A DNA stretch of 64,000 bases from an uncultured Bacillota bacterium (lineage in GTDB: Bacteria; Bacillota_I; Bacilli_A; RFN20; CAG-288), in contig CASGEC010000001.1 in assembly GCA_949300365.1 (NCBI GenBank), positions 86,545-150,544 of the forward strand, written 5' to 3'. The notes beneath the pieces are model-generated. The model was given only the letters and a program-made list of their open reading frames with translations. It did no database searches and was not told the DNA's origin. Made by a program: the position numbers and the translations under genes. Of this stretch, positions 1-9,088 are shown piece after piece. Each line of letters begins with the position of its first letter. Within the stretch, counting starts at the first letter, position 1.

Positions 1-13
1 TAAGGAGAATTTC

Positions 14-1672
14 ATGGACATTCAGGATATCATCAAGGACGAAATCGCCCGCATTCTCAAGGAACTGGGCACCGAGGTCGACAAGAAGGAAATCCAGCTC
101 ACCCCGAGCGACACAAGGGAACATGGCGACTATATGACGAACATCGCCTTCCGGAAGGCGCGCCTTCTTTCCCTTCCGCCTCTGGCACTGGCAGAGAAAA
201 TCGCCTCCTTGGTCCATCTTGACGGGGTCGAGAAGGTCGAGGCGGTCAAGCCGGGATTCCTCAATTTCTTCCTGAAGTCGGATACCCTCGGCCATATCGT
301 TTCCGACATCCTTGAGAAGAAGGAAAGCTTCGGCAACATCGATCTTGGAAAAGGCGTCAAGATCGACATCGAATATGTCTCCGCAAACCCGACGGGTACC
401 TTGCATCTAGGCCATGCCCGTGGCGCTGCCCTTGGCGATTCCCTAAGCCGGATACTGAAGAAGGCCGGCTATGATGTCACCAGGGAATACTACATCAACG
501 ATGCCGGAAACCAGATCGACCATCTCGGCGAATCCCTCATCGCCCGCTATCTCCAGCTCTTCGGTGTGAAGGCCGAGGTTCCGGAAGACGGCTACCATGG
601 CGAGGAGATCGTCCGCGTCGCCAAGATGCTCAAGGACGAGGTCGGCGACAAGTATGTCAAGGATCCTCAAAGCCATCTGGATTTCTTCAAGAAATACGGA
701 AGCCAGGTCCTCCTGAAGTTCATCAAGGAAGACCTCCACGCCTTCCGCGTCGACCAGGATGTCTATACGTCCGAGAAATCCATCCGGGAAAGAGGAGCGG
801 TCGAGGAAGTCCTGCAAAAGCTCAAGCCCTATTGCTATGAAAGCGAAGGCGCCCTCTTCCTCGACACGAAGAAAGATGGTGACGACAAGGACCGTGTCAT
901 CGTCAAGTCGGATGGCTCCTATACCTATCTGCTTCCCGATATCGCCTACCATGCCGACAAGTTCTCTCGGGGCTTTGACCGCCTCATCGATCTCTTTGGC
1001 GCCGATCACCACGGCTATATCACAAGACTCAAGTCTGCCGTCAAGGATCTTGGCTACGATCCGAGCCGGTTGGACGTCTGCCTTGTCCAGATGGTCCGCC
1101 TGTTCAAGAACGGCGAGGAATTCAAGATGAGCAAGAGGACCGGAAATGCCATCTCGATGAAGGAGCTTGTCGAGGAGTGCGGTGTCGATGCCGTCCGTTA
1201 CTTCTTCGTCTCCCGGAGCGGAACCTCCCACCTGGACTTCGATATCGACCTGGCAAAGACGCTCGGAAGCGAGAACCCGGTCTACTATGCCCAATACACC
1301 CATGCCAGGCTTTGCGGTATCGAGCTCAACGGCAAGTCCTTCTTCCCCATCGATCCTTCCTGCGACAGGCTCGATAGCGAAAGCGAGAAGAGCCTCGTAT
1401 TGATGCTGAAGGACTATCCGGAAGTCATCACCGTCGCTGCCAACGAGCTTGAGCCCTACAAGATCACAAACTACGTCCATTCCCTGGCTATGGCCATCAA
1501 CGACTTCTACACCAAGTGCCGCGTCCTCGATGACAAGGATGTCGCTCTCTCCAAGCAGCGCCTTGCCCTAGTCGAGGCATCCCGTATCGTCCTTGCCGAC
1601 GCTTTGTCCCTGATCGGTGTCTCCGCGCCCGAGAGGATGGTGTCCAAGGACAAGGAAGAGTCCGTCCTTTAG
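14..1672 (+). CDS. argS: arginine--tRNA ligase
   Basis: 552 aa ORF. Class I aminoacyl-tRNA synthetase signatures are present (PTGTLHLGHARGA HIGH-type motif, FKMSKRTG KMSK-type motif), with an ArgRS-like N-terminal add-on and a DALR-type C-terminus. Confidence 0.95.
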   Translation: MDIQDIIKDEIARILKELGTEVDKKEIQLTPSDTREHGDYMTNIAFRKARLLSLPPLALAEKIASLVHLDGVEKVEAVKPGFLNFFLKSDTLGHIVSDILEKKESFGNIDLGKGVKIDIEYVSANPTGTLHLGHARGAALGDSLSRILKKAGYDVTREYYINDAGNQIDHLGESLIARYLQLFGVKAEVPEDGYHGEEIVRVAKMLKDEVGDKYVKDPQSHLDFFKKYGSQVLLKFIKEDLHAFRVDQDVYTSEKSIRERGAVEEVLQKLKPYCYESEGALFLDTKKDGDDKDRVIVKSDGSYTYLLPDIAYHADKFSRGFDRLIDLFGADHHGYITRLKSAVKDLGYDPSRLDVCLVQMVRLFKNGEEFKMSKRTGNAISMKELVEECGVDAVRYFFVSRSGTSHLDFDIDLAKTLGSENPVYYAQYTHARLCGIELNGKSFFPIDPSCDRLDSESEKSLVLMLKDYPEVITVAANELEPYKITNYVHSLAMAINDFYTKCRVLDDKDVALSKQRLALVEASRIVLADALSLIGVSAPERMVSKDKEESVL

Positions 1673-1737
1673 CTCTTGAAGCGAGTATTGTATACTGAAG
1701 TGATTGAATGAAAAACATTGACAAAGGAGATAGAGAA

Positions 1738-2172
1738 ATGCCTGTCAGAAAGTCATTAGTCGAAGCCGCCTATGATGTCCTCAGCCGCCGCTATGAGGAA
1801 AAGAAGGAAAGCGTTCCGATGCCCTTTAGCGACCTGCTTCTTGCCGTCGGCCAGGAAATCGGCATGACCGATGAGAATGACCTCCTCGATATCGCCAGCA
1901 AGTTCTATACCGCCCTGACCGTCGATGGGCGCTTCGTCATCCGGGAGAACAACACCTGGGTCCTCCGCGACCATGAGCTCTTCTCCAACATCCATATCGA
2001 CATGAACGCCGTCTATGTCGACGACGAGGAAGAGGAGAAGGAAGAGGCCGGAGACAACAGCGAAGAAAGCGAAACCGAGGAAGGCGAGGAGAACGAGGAA
2101 GAAGAGGGCGAAGAAGAGGACGGGGAAGAGAAAGAAGACATCCTCTCCGACGACGATTCCGATAACGACTGA
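1738..2172 (+). CDS. rpoE: DNA-directed RNA polymerase delta subunit, with an N-terminal HARE-HTH-like domain and a polyacidic tail
   Basis: The ORF runs 1708-2172. An AAAGGAG ribosome-binding site sits about 8 nt before the ATG at 1738 (M11). The last ~65 residues are almost entirely D/E/S/G, typical of the Firmicutes delta subunit. Confidence 0.8.
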   Translation: MPVRKSLVEAAYDVLSRRYEEKKESVPMPFSDLLLAVGQEIGMTDENDLLDIASKFYTALTVDGRFVIRENNTWVLRDHELFSNIHIDMNAVYVDDEEEEKEEAGDNSEESETEEGEENEEEEGEEEDGEEKEDILSDDDSDND

Positions 2173-2208
2173 TCCGGCCTATCCGGATAGCGCCTCCAGG
2201 AGACAGAA

Positions 2209-3168
2209 ATGGACAACAGAGAACAGATTCGCGATGCCATCTTCCAGGCTATCGAAAGCCACGATTCCATCGTCATCTTCGGTCATATGAACCCCGACGG
2301 CGATTGCGTCGGCTCGGTCATGGGCCTCAAGCATGCCCTTTCGGAACTCTATCCGGAAAAGAAGATCTACGGAGTCGGCACCCATCCGACCTATCTGCCG
2401 ACCTTCATCGAGGAAAGCGACACGATCGAGGATAGCGTCATTTCCGAAAGCCTTGCCATCCTTGTCGATCTTTCCGACTTGGAGAGGGTTGAGGACAAGC
2501 GCATCACCCTTGCCAAGGAAATCGTCTGCTTCGACCACCATGTCGCCGACAAGGAGAGCTATGCCTTTTTGGTCTATCGGGACGTCGAGGCCCCTTCGGC
2601 GACCTTTATCCTCAGCCAGGTGCTTCTGGAGAAGTTCGGCCGTATCCCTGCTAAGGCAGCTCCCTATCTCTTCGTCGGCCTTGTCACCGATACGGGACGC
2701 TTCCAGTACGACTGCTCGCCAAGGACCCTGGAGATGGCTTCCAAGCTGATTTCCTGCGGCGTCGACTACAAGGCTATCTACAAGGACCTTTATCGTCAGA
2801 ACAGCCTTGATCTCCGCTATCGCGCCTACGTCTATGACCACTTCCGCTTCGACGGCCTTGTCAGCTATTGCTGCGTCCCCAAGGCGGACTACGAGAAGCT
2901 GGGACTGACGGCAGGCGAGGCGGGCGGAAAGGTCAACCTTCTTGCCCTTCTTGACAACCATCCCATCTGGGCCTTCTTCTCCGAACAGGAAAGTGGCATC
3001 ATCCGCTGCGAACTGAGAAGCGATGGCTACTACAACGTCCAGGAAGTCGCCAAGCTCTTCGGTGGCGGAGGCCATGTCCCCGCAGCCGGATGCCGGATCG
3101 AATCCTTCGACAGGGTTCCGGAAGTCATCGCCGCCCTCAACAAGGCCACAAGGGTCGAAAATGCCTGA
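2209..3168 (+). CDS. nrnA: DHH-family phosphoesterase, NrnA-like oligoribonuclease / pAp phosphatase
   Basis: 319 aa. It has an N-terminal DHH motif region (IFGHMNPDGDC, CFDHHV) and a DHHA1-like C-terminus with GGGGH. Confidence 0.8.
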   Translation: MDNREQIRDAIFQAIESHDSIVIFGHMNPDGDCVGSVMGLKHALSELYPEKKIYGVGTHPTYLPTFIEESDTIEDSVISESLAILVDLSDLERVEDKRITLAKEIVCFDHHVADKESYAFLVYRDVEAPSATFILSQVLLEKFGRIPAKAAPYLFVGLVTDTGRFQYDCSPRTLEMASKLISCGVDYKAIYKDLYRQNSLDLRYRAYVYDHFRFDGLVSYCCVPKADYEKLGLTAGEAGGKVNLLALLDNHPIWAFFSEQESGIIRCELRSDGYYNVQEVAKLFGGGGHVPAAGCRIESFDRVPEVIAALNKATRVENA

Positions 3169-3961
3169 TACGAATAACATCCTTCAAAGGATGGTCGAAG
3201 CTGGAAGGAAGGCAAGCCTTGAGATCCTAGAGATTTATAGGAAAGGATTTGTCGTCCACAGCAAGGAAGATAGCTCCCCGGTGACGACAGCCGACATCGC
3301 CTCCGACAGGATCATCCGCAAGACGCTTGAGGGAATGGATATCGCCTATCTTTCCGAAGAGGAGGAAGACGACCAAAAACGGCTGACACAGCGTTCTCTC
3401 TTTATCGTCGATCCCTTGGATGGCACCCAGGACTTCGTCAACAGGGACGATTCCTTCTCCGTCAATATCGCCTACGTCGAGGATCACAAGGTCCTGATCG
3501 GCTGTATCTTCCTTCCGACGAAGGACAGCTATTGTTATGCTCTCTCTGGCAAGGGAAGCTATCTTGTCGAAAAGGAACGGGAAAGAAGGATCCATGTCTC
3601 AAACCGCACAAAGGATCTTGTCTATCTTGCTAGCAGAACGCACGAGAACGAGAAGGAAAAGGAAGTCTACGAAAAGCATTCAGAATGGATCTCCCGCGTG
3701 GAAAGGCTCGGCGCTTCCATGAAGGGCGTTTCCTTGGCTTCTGGGGAAGGGGATGCTTCCGTCCGCTTCACCAGCATGACCAAGGAGTGGGATACCTGTG
3801 CGATGGATCTCATCGTAAGGGAGGCCGGCGGAATCTTCCTGGACACGAAGAAAAGACCCTTTACCTACAATCGGAAGGACGTCTACAACCGGGACGGCTA
3901 TGCCATGTTCAACAATCGTCATACCTGTGACCTGCTTCTTCCGGATCCTATTGAAAAATAA
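3161..3961 (+). CDS. 3'(2'),5'-bisphosphate nucleotidase / inositol monophosphatase family protein (CysQ-like)
   Basis: The ATG at 3161 overlaps the nrnA stop (ATGCCTGA). IMPase-family motifs are present (EEEEDD..., DPLDGT, WDTCA). Confidence 0.75.
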   Translation: MPDTNNILQRMVEAGRKASLEILEIYRKGFVVHSKEDSSPVTTADIASDRIIRKTLEGMDIAYLSEEEEDDQKRLTQRSLFIVDPLDGTQDFVNRDDSFSVNIAYVEDHKVLIGCIFLPTKDSYCYALSGKGSYLVEKERERRIHVSNRTKDLVYLASRTHENEKEKEVYEKHSEWISRVERLGASMKGVSLASGEGDASVRFTSMTKEWDTCAMDLIVREAGGIFLDTKKRPFTYNRKDVYNRDGYAMFNNRHTCDLLLPDPIEK

Positions 3962-4036
3962 AAGTTGTCTTATCGAAAAAGGCGCTCTGTCCTCGGATAG
4001 GGCGCCTTTTGTTTGCTGCTTGAATAAGTCCTTTTC

Positions 4037-4693
4037 CTACTTCGTCAGCTTTGCCGTCTTCTCGGCATCCACGGCGAAGGTGGCAAGGCCGGAATCGGTA
4101 AGGGGATGGCTGATGAGCTTCTTCAGGACTTTGTAGGGGACGGTTGCGATATCACTGCCAAGAAGGGCGGCAACTTCGACATGGCGGACGCTGCGGATGG
4201 AGGCGGCGATGATCTTGGTCGGATAGCCAAAGTTGCGCTTCAGGGTGACGATCTCCTCGATGAGCTTTGCGGAATCCCAGCCGTTGTCGTCAAGCCTTCC
4301 CAAGAACGGGGAAAGATAGGTGGCGTGGCTTTCCATGGCAAGGAGGGCCTGGGAGGAAGAGAAGCAGAGGGTGACGTTGGTGGGGATGTTTTCCTTGTAA
4401 AGGGCGTTTGCCACCTTGAGTCCCTCGACGGTCATCGGAAGCTTGATGACGATGTTGCTCGGCTTGATGGCATAGAGCTCATGGGCCTGGGTGAGCATGC
4501 CTTCACAGTCCTCGGCCGTGACCTCGGCGGAGATCGGGCCATCGATGAGCTTGGCGATATGCTCGATGATTTCCTTCTGGCTGAGACCTTCCTTCGCGAT
4601 CAGGGAAGGGTTCGTCGTGACGCCGGAGACGAACGGCCAATGGCTGGCCTCCTCGATTTCCTTCAAGTTTGCCGTATCGATGAATAGTTTCAT
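4037..4693 (-). CDS. transaldolase / fructose-6-phosphate aldolase family
   Basis: 218 aa. It starts MKLFIDTANL...TTNPSL and has the conserved Schiff-base lysine region. The length matches the short Tal/Fsa class. Confidence 0.85.
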   Translation of the reverse strand: MKLFIDTANLKEIEEASHWPFVSGVTTNPSLIAKEGLSQKEIIEHIAKLIDGPISAEVTAEDCEGMLTQAHELYAIKPSNIVIKLPMTVEGLKVANALYKENIPTNVTLCFSSSQALLAMESHATYLSPFLGRLDDNGWDSAKLIEEIVTLKRNFGYPTKIIAASIRSVRHVEVAALLGSDIATVPYKVLKKLISHPLTDSGLATFAVDAEKTAKLTK

Positions 4694-4732
4694 ATCCTTT
4701 TATTACCTCTTCCCTTCATTATAAAACATTCA

Positions 4733-4760
4733 AAGAATAAAAAAAGAGGCCGAAGCCTCT
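4733..4760 (-). terminator. rho-independent terminator after ppa
   Basis: An AGAGGC-CGAA-GCCTCT hairpin is followed by a T-run on the minus strand (seen as an A-run on plus). Confidence 0.6.
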
Positions 4761-5347
4761 CAGATTCTCTTGGGATGCCTGTCGTCGGGGTCGACGATGG
4801 GTTCGTAGGCCTTGAACTTTCCTTCCATGTATTCCTTGTAGGCCTTGATGTCCTTCTCGATGACTTCGATTGCCGACTGCCTGCCCTCGATGGAAGTGAC
4901 GGACGTCTCCTTGCCCTCCAGGGACTTGTAGACACGGAAGAAGTGGCGGATTTCGTTTCCGACATAGTCGGGAAGGTCCTTCATCTCGTTGAAGGCGTTG
5001 TAGAAGGGATCGGAGGTGCAGACGGCGATGATTTTCTCGTCGATGAAGCCCTGGTCCACCATACGGATGATGCCGATAGGACGGGACTCGACCAAGGTCA
5101 GCGGGACAAGGCTCTCCTGGCAGAGGACAAGGACATCCAACGGGTCGTTATCCTCGGCATAGGTCAAAGGAATGAAGCCGTAGTTTGCCGGATAGTAGGT
5201 CGCCGTGTAGAGGACGCGGTCCAGCTTGATGAGACCGGTGGACTTGTCCAGCTCGTATTTGCAGTGGCTACCCTTCGGAATCTCGACGACCGAGGTGAAT
5301 TTCTCGCTGCTGACTCTCTTGGGATCGATATCGTGCCAAATGTTCAT
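4760..5347 (-). CDS. ppa: inorganic pyrophosphatase (family I)
   Basis: 195 aa. Family I PPase motifs are present: DPLDVLVL and the EIPKGS...KYE region. Confidence 0.9.
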   Translation of the reverse strand: MNIWHDIDPKRVSSEKFTSVVEIPKGSHCKYELDKSTGLIKLDRVLYTATYYPANYGFIPLTYAEDNDPLDVLVLCQESLVPLTLVESRPIGIIRMVDQGFIDEKIIAVCTSDPFYNAFNEMKDLPDYVGNEIRHFFRVYKSLEGKETSVTSIEGRQSAIEVIEKDIKAYKEYMEGKFKAYEPIVDPDDRHPKRI

Positions 5348-5378
5348 TTTCTTTCTCCTTGTGTTTGTGTCTTACGCC

Positions 5379-5906
5379 TTAGAGGATGGGGGCGTTCTGG
5401 TATTTCCTGCGGACGAACGGGGCGAGGATGATAAGGCCGAGATAGGAATTGTAGCGGAAGGCGGCCTTGTCGTATTTCCCGTAGGGGGAGGACTTGAGCT
5501 CGTCATGGAGGTGGAGCATCTTGAGGAGGTTCTCCCCCATGGAATCATAGGCAGGATCCTTCTTCGCCACCTTCTTTTCCCGAAGGAACTTCGTGTAGTA
5601 CATGATGAGGAAGTCCGTCTGGTTCTTGACCTTGCTGACATCGACCGGCTTTGTTTCCAAAAGGGTCTTGCTGGAATCCGTCAAAGAAACCATCTCGCTA
5701 GAAAGGTGATAGCCATCGGAAAGAAGCTTCTCCCTCAGCGAAAGGATCGCGTCCATCCTCTCCTTTTCATAGGGGATCAGGGCGACAAGCTCATCGTAGG
5801 CTCTTCCCATGGCTCTCTTCATAAAGAGGAAAAGGACGAGGGCCGAAAGGAGATAGAGGACGATGAGGCAGACGATGACAATGATTACAATGACAAAATT
5901 GGGCAT
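5379..5906 (-). CDS. LemA-like membrane-anchored protein (hypothetical)
   Basis: 175 aa with an N-terminal transmembrane helix. The C-terminal region YNSYLGLIILAPFVRRKY weakly resembles the LemA family. Confidence 0.4.
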   Translation of the reverse strand: MPNFVIVIIVIVCLIVLYLLSALVLFLFMKRAMGRAYDELVALIPYEKERMDAILSLREKLLSDGYHLSSEMVSLTDSSKTLLETKPVDVSKVKNQTDFLIMYYTKFLREKKVAKKDPAYDSMGENLLKMLHLHDELKSSPYGKYDKAAFRYNSYLGLIILAPFVRRKYQNAPIL

Positions 5907-5990
5907 ATATTAAATTAGGTCTTGTCAACTCAATCTAGAATAAGCCAATCGGGGACATAAAACAAGCGTTGTTATGCTACAATTCCAATT

Positions 5991-6707
5991 ATGAAAAACA
6001 AAGAGGATACAAAGGTCAAGGACATCGCCGTACTGATGATGGCTGGAAAGGGAGAGAGGCTCTTCTCCTCCCTTCATGTCAAGAAGCAGTTCTTCAAGCT
6101 GGATGGAAAGGAGCTTTTCCTCTATTCCCTGGAAAGCCTCGCCCTTTCGCAATGCTTCAAGAACATCGTTTTGGTCGTCTCTCCGGAGGACCACGAAAAG
6201 GTTTTGGAGATCGTCAAGAAGGATAAGCTTATCCCTTGGCGGAAGGTAATGATCGTCGATGGCGGAGAATCAAGAAACGAATCCGTCTTCAATGCTTTGA
6301 AAAGCCTGAAGAAACAGAAAGGCAATTTCTTTGTCCTTATCCATGATGCCGCAAGGCCTTTCCTTACTGTCGAGCTGATTGAGAACATCATGTCCAAGAC
6401 CTATCGGGCCGATGCCCTCACCTATTGCCTCCCCCTTGCCGACTCGCTTTTTAGGGATGACAGGCGGGGAATCGCCTATCTGGATCGCAAGGATCTCTAC
6501 CAGGTCCAGACGCCTCAGGTCTTCGACTACCGGAAGCTTCTTTCCCTCTACGAGCAGGGCTATGACCCCAAGGGAACGGACGATTTTTCCAAAGCCGTCC
6601 AGGCCGGATTGAAGTGTCTTCCCGTCCCCGGAGACCTCTCCCTTTTCAAGGTTACGGGGAAGGAAGATTTGGTATTGCTGCGAAAACTGTCGGTTTTCGT
6701 TGATTAG
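5991..6707 (+). CDS. IspD/TarI-family cytidylyltransferase (2-C-methyl-D-erythritol 4-phosphate or ribitol-5-phosphate cytidylyltransferase)
   Basis: 238 aa. It has the IspD-type N-terminus IAVLMMAGKGERL and a nucleotidyltransferase fold. The exact substrate cannot be assigned from sequence. Confidence 0.7.
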   Translation: MKNKEDTKVKDIAVLMMAGKGERLFSSLHVKKQFFKLDGKELFLYSLESLALSQCFKNIVLVVSPEDHEKVLEIVKKDKLIPWRKVMIVDGGESRNESVFNALKSLKKQKGNFFVLIHDAARPFLTVELIENIMSKTYRADALTYCLPLADSLFRDDRRGIAYLDRKDLYQVQTPQVFDYRKLLSLYEQGYDPKGTDDFSKAVQAGLKCLPVPGDLSLFKVTGKEDLVLLRKLSVFVD

Positions 6708-6765
6708 TCAACCCTCTTTATATATATTATTTAGGCGAAAAAATCATATGTCAGGAGGAGACATA

Positions 6766-8052
6766 ATGGTTCATTATTCCAGACATGGGAGCGTCTTCGA
6801 GAGTCTGGATTACTCGGAGATCGACAAGAGGGGCGAGGAGGTCGCCCGCAAGATCCAACAGAAAACAGGCGAGGGAAACGACTTTTTGGGTTGGCTGGAC
6901 TATGCCAGCAAGCTTCCCGAGGAAGAGATCGAAAGGATCGTCGAGACGGCTAAGCACATCCGCGAGAACTACGAAGCGCTTGTAGTCATCGGCATCGGCG
7001 GCTCGTATCTCGGCGCAAGGGCCGTCATCGAGGCCATCAACGGCTTTTTCCCGGACGACAAGTTCGAGATCATCTATCTCGGCAACACGCTTTCCAGCAC
7101 CTATACCTATCAGGTCCTGAGACATCTCAAGGACAAGAGGATTGCCGTCAACGTCATTTCCAAGAGCGGAACGACGACCGAATCGGCCGTTGCCTTCCGT
7201 ATGGTCAAGGAGCGCCTGATCGAGCGTTTCGGCAAGGAATATCTCAAGGATGCCATCTATGCCACGACCGATGACACCCATGGTGCCCTTCATGCCGAGG
7301 CGAAGAAGGAAGGCTATACGACTTTCGTCATTCCCGACGATATCGGTGGCCGTTTCTCCGTCATCACACCGGTCGGCCTTCTTCCGATCGCCTGCGCCAA
7401 TATCGATATCCGCGAGTTCATCCGCGGTGTCCGTGCCGGCGAGAAGGCCTATTCCCTTTCGGACTACCACAAGAATCCAGCCTATCTCTATGGTGCGACG
7501 CGCTACCTTCTCTATTCCCAGAAGAAATTCTCGACCGAGATGTTCATTTCCTATGAGCTTCAGGACAAGATGATCGAGGAATGGCTCAAGCAGCTCTTCG
7601 ATGAGTCCGAAGGAAAGGACGGAAAGGCCCTTCTTTGCGCTTCCGGCGTCTTCACGACCGATCTTCATTCCATGGGCCAGTTCATCCAGCAGGGATCGCA
7701 CGTTCTCTTTGAGACCATCATCAAGGAAAAGCACCCGATTGCCGACCATATCGTCCCTTATGACGAGGAGAATCTCGACAACCTCAACTATCTTGCCGGA
7801 AAGAGGCTCTCCTACATCAATGACCAGGCCTTCCAAGCCACGCTCAAGGCCCATACCGAGGGCCATTCCCCGGCGAACGTCCTGGAAATCGAGAAGATGG
7901 ATCCCTACAACCTCGGCGATCTCTTCTACTTCTTCTTCCGGGCCACGGCCTTCTCGGCCTATCTTCTCGGCGTCAATCCCTTCAACCAGCCCGGTGTCGA
8001 GATCTATAAGAAGAACATGTTCAAGCTTCTTGGGAAACCGGGAGCCGAATGA
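6766..8052 (+). CDS. pgi: glucose-6-phosphate isomerase
   Basis: The ORF runs 6700-8052. GGAGGAG precedes the ATG at 6766. The Firmicutes-type PGI is about 430 aa, with phosphoglucose isomerase motifs (GIGGS...LG, SKSGTT). Confidence 0.9.
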   Translation: MVHYSRHGSVFESLDYSEIDKRGEEVARKIQQKTGEGNDFLGWLDYASKLPEEEIERIVETAKHIRENYEALVVIGIGGSYLGARAVIEAINGFFPDDKFEIIYLGNTLSSTYTYQVLRHLKDKRIAVNVISKSGTTTESAVAFRMVKERLIERFGKEYLKDAIYATTDDTHGALHAEAKKEGYTTFVIPDDIGGRFSVITPVGLLPIACANIDIREFIRGVRAGEKAYSLSDYHKNPAYLYGATRYLLYSQKKFSTEMFISYELQDKMIEEWLKQLFDESEGKDGKALLCASGVFTTDLHSMGQFIQQGSHVLFETIIKEKHPIADHIVPYDEENLDNLNYLAGKRLSYINDQAFQATLKAHTEGHSPANVLEIEKMDPYNLGDLFYFFFRATAFSAYLLGVNPFNQPGVEIYKKNMFKLLGKPGAE

Positions 8053-8232
8053 GAAAACGAAGGCGATGGCTACGGGCTGTCGCCTTTTTCAATGCCGTCT
8101 TCTGGAAAGCGAAGGAAGCCAGACAAAGGACTTCCTAGGCCATGAGGGAAAACTTTTCCTTCCTTGGAAAGTTTGATTTTTCGTCTTGAATAACTGGATT
8201 TGCTTTGCTAGAATAATCGAGCGCTAAATTTC

Positions 8233-8305
8233 GGATGCTTAGCTCAGCTGGAAGAGCATCGCCTTTACACGGCGGAGGTCAGGAGTTCGAGACTCTTAGC
8301 ATCCA
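8233..8305 (+). tRNA. tRNA-Val (anticodon TAC)
   Basis: A hand-folded cloverleaf with a GGATGCT/AGCATCC acceptor stem, anticodon loop TTTACAC, and an encoded CCA. Confidence 0.85.
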
Positions 8306-8336
8306 CCATTGAAAACAAGCGCAGGGAAGTCGAAAT

Positions 8337-8417
8337 GGGCGAGTAGCGAAGTGGCCAAACGCGGCAGACTGTAAATCTGTTCCTTCGGGTTCGGTGGTTC
8401 GAATCCACCCCCGCCCA
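8337..8417 (+). tRNA. tRNA-Tyr (anticodon GTA), long variable arm
   Basis: Closely resembles B. subtilis tRNA-Tyr (TAGCGAAGTGG...ACTGTAAATC...GGTTCGAATCC). There is one A·C mismatch in the acceptor stem. Confidence 0.8.
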
Positions 8418-8462
8418 CCATCCTTCTGATAGCAACGCCTTGCGTTCTATATACGCCTTACT

Positions 8463-8533
8463 TGGGGTATAGCCAAGGGGTAAGGCAACAGACTTTGACT
8501 CTGTCAGCGGTGGTTCGAATCCACCTACCCCAG
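8463..8533 (+). tRNA. tRNA-Gln (anticodon TTG)
   Basis: TGGGGTA/TACCCCA acceptor stem, anticodon loop CTTTGAC, discriminator G and CCA. Confidence 0.85.
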
Positions 8534-8568
8534 CCACTTCTTCTGGTTGGTGCGGAAGACCCTGACCT

Positions 8569-8641
8569 GTCTCGTTAGCTCAGCCGGTAGAGCACGTGAC
8601 TTTTAATCACGGGGCCATGGGTTCGAGTCCCATACGAGACA
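8569..8641 (+). tRNA. tRNA-Lys (anticodon TTT)
   Basis: GTCTCGT/ACGAGAC acceptor stem, anticodon loop CTTTTAA and CCA. Confidence 0.85.
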
Positions 8642-8649
8642 CCACTTCC

Positions 8650-8734
8650 GCCCAGGTGGCGAAATCGGTAGACGCACAGGACTTAAAATCCTGCGGGCTA
8701 ATCACCCGTACCGGTTCGATTCCGGTCCTGGGCA
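8650..8734 (+). tRNA. tRNA-Leu (anticodon TAA), long variable arm
   Basis: GCCCAGG/CCTGGGC acceptor stem, anticodon loop CTTAAAA, an extra arm and CCA. Confidence 0.85.
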
Positions 8735-8751
8735 CCACATAATAAACCGCT

Positions 8752-8780
8752 CCGATGCTTGAAAAGGCATCGGATTTTTT
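8752..8780 (+). terminator. rho-independent terminator after the tRNA cluster
   Basis: A CCGATGC...GCATCGG hairpin followed by TTTTTT. Confidence 0.7.
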
Positions 8781-9088
8781 CTTTCCGGATATCCTCGTAA
8801 GCATTAAAGATATCCACTCTTGACGATTCGAACTCTCGAATGTAAGCGTTAAGGACATCTTAAACTCCCCTTCCGGCATTCCTATCCTCTACGAAGTCAA
8901 ATCATCCGTGGCAGTTGGGTCCTTTCTTTTTTTTAGCCGAAACTCGGATGCCCCAACTGGCTTTTCTTTTGCCGGTTACAGCCAATACATTTTCTACTAT
9001 TCTCTTCTTTGTCGAGGAAAGGTCATCTTTTCTTATCGGATTTTCCTACCATCGCTTATAATGAGCCTGTTGTCAAAACAGAAAAAAC

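Noticed and set aside
443-1480. 345 aa ORF antisense to argS (and the nested 759-1130 and 1167-1403 ORFs)
   Set aside because: It lies entirely within the well-supported argS gene on the opposite strand. Its Asp/Gly/Val-rich composition is typical of antisense translation of a GC-biased gene, and it has no RBS.
2013-2290. Apparent GAA/GAG repeat tract and overlapping small ORFs at the 3' end of rpoE
   Set aside because: It is the polyacidic tail of the delta subunit, not a tandem repeat element or separate gene.
6751-7866. 371 aa ORF antisense to pgi
   Set aside because: The same antisense artefact: the pgi reading frame is unambiguous and conserved.
8337-8417. A·C mismatch in the tRNA-Tyr acceptor stem as a sign of a tRNA pseudogene
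   Set aside because: The rest of the molecule is near-identical to functional Firmicutes tRNA-Tyr. A single mismatch could be tolerated or reflect my manual folding. There is not enough evidence to call it a pseudogene.
8265-8879. Two 90 aa ORFs over the tRNA cluster
   Set aside because: They fall entirely within tRNA genes and the terminator, so they are not coding.
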